Sequence record: LC680885.1
Length of the DNA stretch: 64,000 bases
Strand: one strand, 5' to 3'
Shown here: positions 58,117 through 64,000 of the stretch, one piece after another
How positions within the stretch are numbered: position 1 is the stretch's first letter
How the letters are laid out: each line of letters begins with the position of its first letter
Position numbers and translations under genes: made by a program
Notes under the pieces: generated by a model
The model's input: only the letters and a program-made list of their open reading frames with translations
Databases searched by the model: none
What the model was told of the DNA's origin: nothing

Positions 58117-58650
58117 TTGAATAAATATTTTAAATTTAAATTAAATAATAAAAGTGATTACGATGTATTTAAATTTTCAGGAAATGAAGAAGAAATAAGC
58201 GATTCTAAAATTATAGAGTCTTATTTTGATTATATGTTTAATTATTATATAAATGAAGCAATACCTGACTCCAGTATGATTAATATTGCTGTATTTACTG
58301 AAGGTAAAAGAAAAAGATTATTGAGATTTACTATAGATAAACCACCAATTTATATAAAAGAGCCAGTTAGTACTTTATTTATGAATGAAAATGATGAAGA
58401 TAAACAAATTAATTTTAAAGAATTTAACGAAATTAAAAAATTTATACACGAAAAGATTATGGAATTGAATAAAGGTGAATTTTATATTTATATTGATTAT
58501 AATTTTGATTATTCTTATAGAATAGATTACGATGATGTATTTGATAAAATATTATTTAATAAAAATAATCTAAATCTTTATTCATCATTTATTAAAGAAA
58601 CAGATGAAAATGAATATAAAAATTATCTAGTAAGAGAGAATTTTAAATAA
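58117..58650 (+). CDS. C-terminal-tag family protein
   Basis: Ends ETDENEYKNYLVRENFK. Confidence 0.72.
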   Translation: MNKYFKFKLNNKSDYDVFKFSGNEEEISDSKIIESYFDYMFNYYINEAIPDSSMINIAVFTEGKRKRLLRFTIDKPPIYIKEPVSTLFMNENDEDKQINFKEFNEIKKFIHEKIMELNKGEFYIYIDYNFDYSYRIDYDDVFDKILFNKNNLNLYSSFIKETDENEYKNYLVRENFK

Positions 58651-58667
58651 GGAAGTGAGACAGATAA

Positions 58668-59444
58668 ATGGAATATGTTATGATAAATAAATTATTAACA
58701 AAAAATGATTCATCTGAATTAAAAATAAACATGGTTAAACTATATAAAGAGGAAGAAGACTTTTTCAATTTCTTTTTAAACTTTATTATAGAATATAATT
58801 CATATTATATAGGAAATTATAAATACTTTTATAGTATAGATTCATTATCAGATTATAATTCAGATTATCAAATAAATGGAAATCCTTATGTGCCATTTGA
58901 GGAAGGGATAAAGGTAAATGAAGTCATTCATATTTATAAAAATAAATTATTTAGGAATATAAGTAAAGATATTGAAAATAGAATAACCGTACTTTATGTA
59001 GAAGACAAAGAAGACGATATTTCCTATTATATATTAATATCTAATTACTTTAATAAAAAATTTAAAAAAGAATATAAAGAAGAACTTCCCGATAAAGAAA
59101 AATTGTTAGCTAGACTTATAGTAAGATCCTTTCTAAATGAAAAAATTTTATTAGATTCACATTCAGAATTTTTAGTTATTAAAGATAAAGAAAAATTGAA
59201 TAATTTAATTAATAATTTAATGAAAAATCAAAAATACAAAATTTTAAATTTTGATTTCTTAAGTAATAGGGAATTAAAATATAATGGAGTAATATTTAAT
59301 ACAAATTTATATGATAATAAACTAATCCTGAAGTATTTAAAAGGAATAGACTACAAAGATATTATTAATAAAGATAAAGAAAAAATTACGTTTATAAATG
59401 AAAAAGGATATAAAAAACTAGCATTGAAAGAATCATTTAAATAA
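58668..59444 (+). CDS. C-terminal-tag family protein
   Basis: Ends FINEKGYKKLALKESFK. Confidence 0.72.
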   Translation: MEYVMINKLLTKNDSSELKINMVKLYKEEEDFFNFFLNFIIEYNSYYIGNYKYFYSIDSLSDYNSDYQINGNPYVPFEEGIKVNEVIHIYKNKLFRNISKDIENRITVLYVEDKEDDISYYILISNYFNKKFKKEYKEELPDKEKLLARLIVRSFLNEKILLDSHSEFLVIKDKEKLNNLINNLMKNQKYKILNFDFLSNRELKYNGVIFNTNLYDNKLILKYLKGIDYKDIINKDKEKITFINEKGYKKLALKESFK

Positions 59445-59522
59445 ATAATAAATATTCTCATCCATTCATTATATAATAACTTTTAATTATATAATAATTT
59501 TTAGAATGGATGAGATGCTTTT

Positions 59523-60182
59523 ATGAGTAATTATTTATATCGTTTTAACAAAGAGAATGTAAATATCTTCTATCATAAAAGGACTAATAATGGTCATAAA
59601 ATGTTATTTAATAATAGTAATGATAAAGATAGATCTATATACTTAATAAATACTGATGAAGAAATCAATAATATGGAACTAGTATCTAAATATATTGCTG
59701 GAAAAGTATTTGAAATACTAAACCAAGAAAATATGAAAATAGTACATATGGATTTCTTTAATAGTAAATTAGAATTCTTTATAAGTAGATCATCCAAGAA
59801 TAAATATATAATGAATATGTATTTTAGTTTAAAAAGTTATAATGATCTAATAGAAAATGAAAAAGAATTTATAGATAGTGTTAATGAGCTTAATTTAGAC
59901 TTTTTAAAATCAGTTTCTTTAGATCAAGACAATAATCATGTATTAGATATGACATTAATATTTTTAATAGATAAAAATAAAATAGATGAATTTATTAAAA
60001 ATCTATTTTACATTAATTATGTAAAGATAATAGAATTTATAATAGATACTATATCAGTATATGCAGATGATTACAAGAAATTTAATGAAGAAATAAATAT
60101 TCTTTTGGATCATAGAAATTTTGTAGAGGAAATAACATATAAAGAATATAAAAAGATAATGACAAAAGAGATGTTTATTTAA
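59523..60182 (+). CDS. C-terminal-tag family protein
   Basis: Ends EITYKEYKKIMTKEMFI. Confidence 0.72.
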   Translation: MSNYLYRFNKENVNIFYHKRTNNGHKMLFNNSNDKDRSIYLINTDEEINNMELVSKYIAGKVFEILNQENMKIVHMDFFNSKLEFFISRSSKNKYIMNMYFSLKSYNDLIENEKEFIDSVNELNLDFLKSVSLDQDNNHVLDMTLIFLIDKNKIDEFIKNLFYINYVKIIEFIIDTISVYADDYKKFNEEINILLDHRNFVEEITYKEYKKIMTKEMFI

Positions 60183-60195
60183 GGAGTAATTAACT

Positions 60196-60906
60196 ATGAA
60201 GATTTCAGCCAATAAAGAATTATTAGGAAAGAAAGTTATACCTTTAGGTTTTAAACAACTTAATAACTTATATAAAGATCATGATTATGTATATTTAAGA
60301 ATTCCTGAAATATTTAATGTATTTGATAAGTATCAATTTAAAGATGATAAATTTGTATATCTTAAAACAGAAATAAAACCCAGTACTATTGTAGATTTAA
60401 TAGATTCTTTATCAAGTGGTTTTAATTGGTTAATAAATGAATATATTTCTAATGATATACTAAATATACATTATATAAAGAAAAATTTATTAGACATTTC
60501 CAATAGTGAATATAAAACTCTAGAAGAAACAAGATCTCAGTTAGATTTAGAATTAGAATTCATAAGTAGTAATGAAAAACAAAGAAAGCAATCTAATATT
60601 TTAATAAAGGATATTCATAAAGAAATAAATTATATAAGGAATGAATACACAAAAGTATTCACTCTTAAGAAAAGTAAAACCAGAAATAATAAACCAATAA
60701 AAATAAAAATTAGAAATTTATATGATGAAGATCCAATATCTATATTAAAAATAATATTAGACTTAGGAGAAGAATATTGTATGAATAGTACTATATTTAA
60801 CGCATTTACTTATTCATTAATGTTAACAAATAATTTAGATTTCATAGACGAAAAAGAATTTCAGGATATAGTTAAGAAAGAGAAAGTGAAAAATACTTTC
60901 ATTTAA
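60196..60906 (+). CDS. C-terminal-tag family protein (4-aa insertion in tag)
   Basis: Ends FIDEKEFQDIVKKEKVKNTFI. Confidence 0.7.
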   Translation: MKISANKELLGKKVIPLGFKQLNNLYKDHDYVYLRIPEIFNVFDKYQFKDDKFVYLKTEIKPSTIVDLIDSLSSGFNWLINEYISNDILNIHYIKKNLLDISNSEYKTLEETRSQLDLELEFISSNEKQRKQSNILIKDIHKEINYIRNEYTKVFTLKKSKTRNNKPIKIKIRNLYDEDPISILKIILDLGEEYCMNSTIFNAFTYSLMLTNNLDFIDEKEFQDIVKKEKVKNTFI

Positions 60907-60912
60907 AACATT

Positions 60913-60953
60913 ATTCATATAGTTTGAGGAAATTTTCCTCAAACTATATGAAT
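60913..60953 (+). terminator. strong intrinsic terminator
   Basis: 19-bp stem ATTCATATAGTTTGAGGAA/TTCCTCAAACTATATGAAT followed by a long T-run. Confidence 0.8.
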
Positions 60954-61103
60954 TATTTTATTTTTTTTTCTAAAAATATAAACTAATTTATATTAATAAT
61001 TTTTATAATGTATCATTCACTTAGTCGCAAATATTTATTTATTTTAAGAACATAAATTTTATATCAAATAATATAGAATTTTTAAAAAGGAGAATTTAAT
61101 TTT

Positions 61104-61667
61104 ATGGAAAAATATGATAAATTAACTGAAGAATTAGAAGCTTTATATGAGCAATCTCAAGAAGAAGCTCTAGAAGAACAGTTCGAAAGCATTATCGAAT
61201 CAACTGATGAAGATAAAGCAGAAGAAGTTGAAGATAAAGATTCTAAAGAAGATTCAGACGAAGAAGAAACATCTGTTGAAGAACAATTTAACAGTATCTT
61301 AGAATCAGAAGATGAAGAATCTGATGAGGAAGAAGATGACGAAGATTCAGAAGAAGAACCGGTTGAAGAATCTGATGAGGAAGATTCAGAAGACGATTCA
61401 GAAGATGATGAAGATTCTTTAGAAGAAGAATTAAATCGTTTATTTGAAGAAAATGAAGACCCAGAAATGGATGTCGAAAAGCAAACTACAAAAGCTAATG
61501 ACATGAACTCAAAAAAATCATCTGACTCTACTGAACATCCTGAAGAAGATGTGAAAAAAATCACTTCAGAAGATGAAGACGAAGAAGAAGATGCTGAAGA
61601 TGACGAAGAAGAATCTACTAATGAAGATGAATCATTAGAAGAATCATTAGATCGTATCTTTGGTTAA
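61104..61667 (+). CDS. extremely acidic low-complexity protein (possible head scaffold/internal protein)
   Basis: D/E-rich; four xLEExFxSI[IL]E-like repeats; AAGGAG RBS. Confidence 0.7.
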   Translation: MEKYDKLTEELEALYEQSQEEALEEQFESIIESTDEDKAEEVEDKDSKEDSDEEETSVEEQFNSILESEDEESDEEEDDEDSEEEPVEESDEEDSEDDSEDDEDSLEEELNRLFEENEDPEMDVEKQTTKANDMNSKKSSDSTEHPEEDVKKITSEDEDEEEDAEDDEEESTNEDESLEESLDRIFG

Positions 61668-61688
61668 TTATTAATTAATCTTTAAAAT

Positions 61689-61722
61689 ATCCCCTAACCT
61701 TATTAATTTAAGGTTAGGGGAT
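61689..61722. terminator. bidirectional terminator between convergent gene blocks
   Basis: ATCCCCTAACCTTA/TAAGGTTAGGGGAT, 14 bp. Confidence 0.8.
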
Positions 61723-61736
61723 TAATATTGTATTTT

Positions 61737-62195
61737 TTATCTGAAATAATTAGTATTATCAGTCATTTTTCTTCCAAAAGCATCTAGTCCATCTAATGGA
61801 TTAACTTTATCTCCAGTTGTTTTAAAATCATCTCCACCATAAGTGCCGCTAAAATTTGTATCTACGCCTTTAGATAATTCTTCACTCATTTTATTTAAGT
61901 GTCTTACTCTTTCAACTTTTCTCTGATAATAGTCTTCTGCTTCTTGTTGAGATTTTAATCTATTTTCATCAATAGTTTCGTTATCTTTTAATTTAGTTAC
62001 TGGAGTAAAACCATCCATAACTACATAAAATTTATCAATTTGATCCTGATAAATAAAAGGTATTTTAGTTTTTAAATGTAAAGTAGTTGGTTCATCTTCA
62101 TACTGTAATGTCTCATATTCAAGTATATTACCTTCTTTATCGACAGTGACAGATATATCCATCATAATTTCTTCTTTTTTCTTTTCTTCTGACAA
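61737..62195 (-). CDS. hypothetical protein downstream of the tail fibre gene
   Basis: 152-aa ORF, same strand as the fibre gene. Confidence 0.6.
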   Translation of the reverse strand: MSEEKKKEEIMMDISVTVDKEGNILEYETLQYEDEPTTLHLKTKIPFIYQDQIDKFYVVMDGFTPVTKLKDNETIDENRLKSQQEAEDYYQRKVERVRHLNKMSEELSKGVDTNFSGTYGGDDFKTTGDKVNPLDGLDAFGRKMTDNTNYFR

Positions 62196-62219
62196 GTCTT
62201 TTCATCTCTCTTTCATATT

Positions 62220-64000
62220 TTAGTTTCTTCCATAAATATAAGAGTTTAGGAACCAAGCATTTCCTTTTTGACCTGGTTTAACACGAGCTCGTATAGCTAC
62301 TGAAGCTATAGATTGTTGTGGTATTCCTAAATCAACAATAATCTCTTTAAATTTAGTTTTAGTAACACTAGTAGAAGTGTCTTTAGGTATTGATACAGTT
62401 TTATCAAAAATTACACCATTCTGTTCGTTAAAAGAGTCTACTTTAATATCTATACCACATTGTGGAGTAGCATACCATATACCAATGTGTAACCATCTAG
62501 TTTCATGTTGACCGTATAATGTCATAGCACGTCTAAAGTAGCTACCTGTAGTCTTATCACTAAACATAAATGCATTACCGACATTTTTAAATCTAGGAGT
62601 ACCATTAGACATTAAATCTTGCACACCAGGTTCTGAACGTACATAAGCTGTAGTGAATCGTGGCATACCATTGTATACTAAATAACCACCATCAGGGCGT
62701 TTGATAGTGATACCGCCTTTAACTTCTCCCATAGCGTCTAACATAGTTTGAACAACTATATTTTTAGACATTAAATTAGTAATAGCAGCTTCTTTAATAG
62801 TAGCTCTACCATTAGAAATTATTACATCACCATCATTAATATCAACCATCTTAGATTTTAATTTAATACTATTAGGATCAATATCAAAAGAAGACAATTT
62901 ATCATTAGAAGAAGATGACATAGTAATACCATCAGCTAATAAAGATAATGCAGAACCCATTTTTTCTATTTTAGTTTTATCAGCATTGTAAGTTTCTTTA
63001 GTAACACTTAAAGCGATATTATTTTCTGTTTGACTAATTCTACTTTCCATATTAGTAATTCTAGCATTACTATCTTTAATAGATGGTTGCCAAGCAGTAG
63101 ATTTATTACCTTCTTCAACTTTTAATCCTTCAATATCAACAGACATTGGGAAAGTTCCATTTTTATTAATAATCATATTAATTAATGTGTCAACTGTAAA
63201 TGAATCATTAGGAATAAATACTACTTCTATTAATGTTAAAGCAGAAGTATCATCAAACGTAATATTACGTGAATCTTGACCTTTAGCAACACCATTAACA
63301 AAAGTATTAGTTATAGTTGAATTAGGTATACTAATATCAACATTAGTTAATGTACCAGTTTTCTTTTCTAAGTTAAAGCTTAATATGTGTTCACGTCTAT
63401 TTCTAACTTTATCTAATTTAAATTTAATACCTTGACCGTTAGCAGTTAAAGCTGCATTAAGTTCTCCGTATTCTAAATAATTAGTTTTAGTTAAAGTTAC
63501 AGAACCAATTGGTGTAATATTAGCAATGCTAATTAAGTTCATACCGCCAACTGTAATTTTACCGGCTTCTGTAACAGCATAACCATTAGAAATACTGTCA
63601 ATAGCTTTTTGAATAGCATCTTTAATATTCGATTGAGCTTCATTATATCTCAAGTAGTTAGTATTAAATTGAGCTATTTCTTCTTGAGTAGCTACACCGT
63701 CACTAATAGTATTAGTGATATCTTGTATTAGTATATTATATTTCTCATTAAATAAATCATATTTATTTTTTAAATCTGTTTTTACTGAATTAGCCATCAT
63801 TTTATTAGGATAAAGTGTATTAAAGATTTTATCTATTTCAGCTTTATCTTTATCAATAACATTTTTCTGTTTATCAATAGCAATTCTTTCAGCATTAGAT
63901 ATAATACCATCTTTGAAAGCTTCAGTAACTGTATCACCTAAACCTACAGCATTCTTTTCGATATTAGTTATTTTACCATTAATGGTTTTATTATAGTTTT
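62220..64000 (-). CDS. tail fibre / receptor-binding structural protein, 5'-truncated by the window edge
   Basis: Frame stays open from 63800 to the window end; DGIISNAE/DGVATQEE repeats; CBM-like GLKVEEGNKSTAWQPS; SRISQTENNIALSV. Confidence 0.7.
   Translation of the reverse strand, partial: NYNKTINGKITNIEKNAVGLGDTVTEAFKDGIISNAERIAIDKQKNVIDKDKAEIDKIFNTLYPNKMMANSVKTDLKNKYDLFNEKYNILIQDITNTISDGVATQEEIAQFNTNYLRYNEAQSNIKDAIQKAIDSISNGYAVTEAGKITVGGMNLISIANITPIGSVTLTKTNYLEYGELNAALTANGQGIKFKLDKVRNRREHILSFNLEKKTGTLTNVDISIPNSTITNTFVNGVAKGQDSRNITFDDTSALTLIEVVFIPNDSFTVDTLINMIINKNGTFPMSVDIEGLKVEEGNKSTAWQPSIKDSNARITNMESRISQTENNIALSVTKETYNADKTKIEKMGSALSLLADGITMSSSSNDKLSSFDIDPNSIKLKSKMVDINDGDVIISNGRATIKEAAITNLMSKNIVVQTMLDAMGEVKGGITIKRPDGGYLVYNGMPRFTTAYVRSEPGVQDLMSNGTPRFKNVGNAFMFSDKTTGSYFRRAMTLYGQHETRWLHIGIWYATPQCGIDIKVDSFNEQNGVIFDKTVSIPKDTSTSVTKTKFKEIIVDLGIPQQSIASVAIRARVKPGQKGNAWFLNSYIYGRN

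Noticed and set aside
61157-61564. Ser-rich 135-aa minus-strand ORF
   Set aside because: Reverse complement of GAA/GAT codons of the acidic protein
1-64000. tRNA, rRNA, tmRNA genes
   Set aside because: No cloverleaf or rRNA-like segment seen by eye; intergenic gaps are short and explained; tRNAscan-SE/ARAGORN would confirm

Overview
Very AT-rich, densely coding 64-kb segment of a jumbo myophage of the AR9/PBS1 (phiKZ-related) type that infects Firmicutes. It most resembles the Staphylococcus jumbo phages; the host is inferred, not shown. Core genes: intein-containing gyrA, RecA/UvsX recombinase, NAD-dependent DNA ligase, TOPRIM primase, HU-like protein, three split non-virion RNA polymerase subunits (beta-N, beta-C, and beta'-N with DYDGD), a second (virion-type) beta C-terminal subunit, and the 3' part of a tail-fibre gene on the minus strand. 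Standout 1: a group IIB intron (5615-7532) interrupts the virion RNAP beta-C gene. It has a perfect domain V, a bulged-A domain VI and an EBS1/IBS1 pair, and exon joining restores the frame and the RNAP motifs. It encodes no reverse transcriptase; its ORF is a Zn-ribbon-repeat, Vsr-like (PD-(D/E)xK) endonuclease. Standout 2: at least 14 otherwise divergent early-region proteins share one 16-aa C-terminal tag, [IL][TS]xKEYKxxx[VI]KxxFK-stop. Also present: 14 TATATTAT-N5-TG promoters whose predicted +1 usually starts an RNA hairpin, a duplicated 89-bp element that can fold as an H-type pseudoknot, TelA, a processive GT2 glycosyltransferase, four lipoproteins and several small paralogue families. 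No tRNA, rRNA or CRISPR array was recognised.
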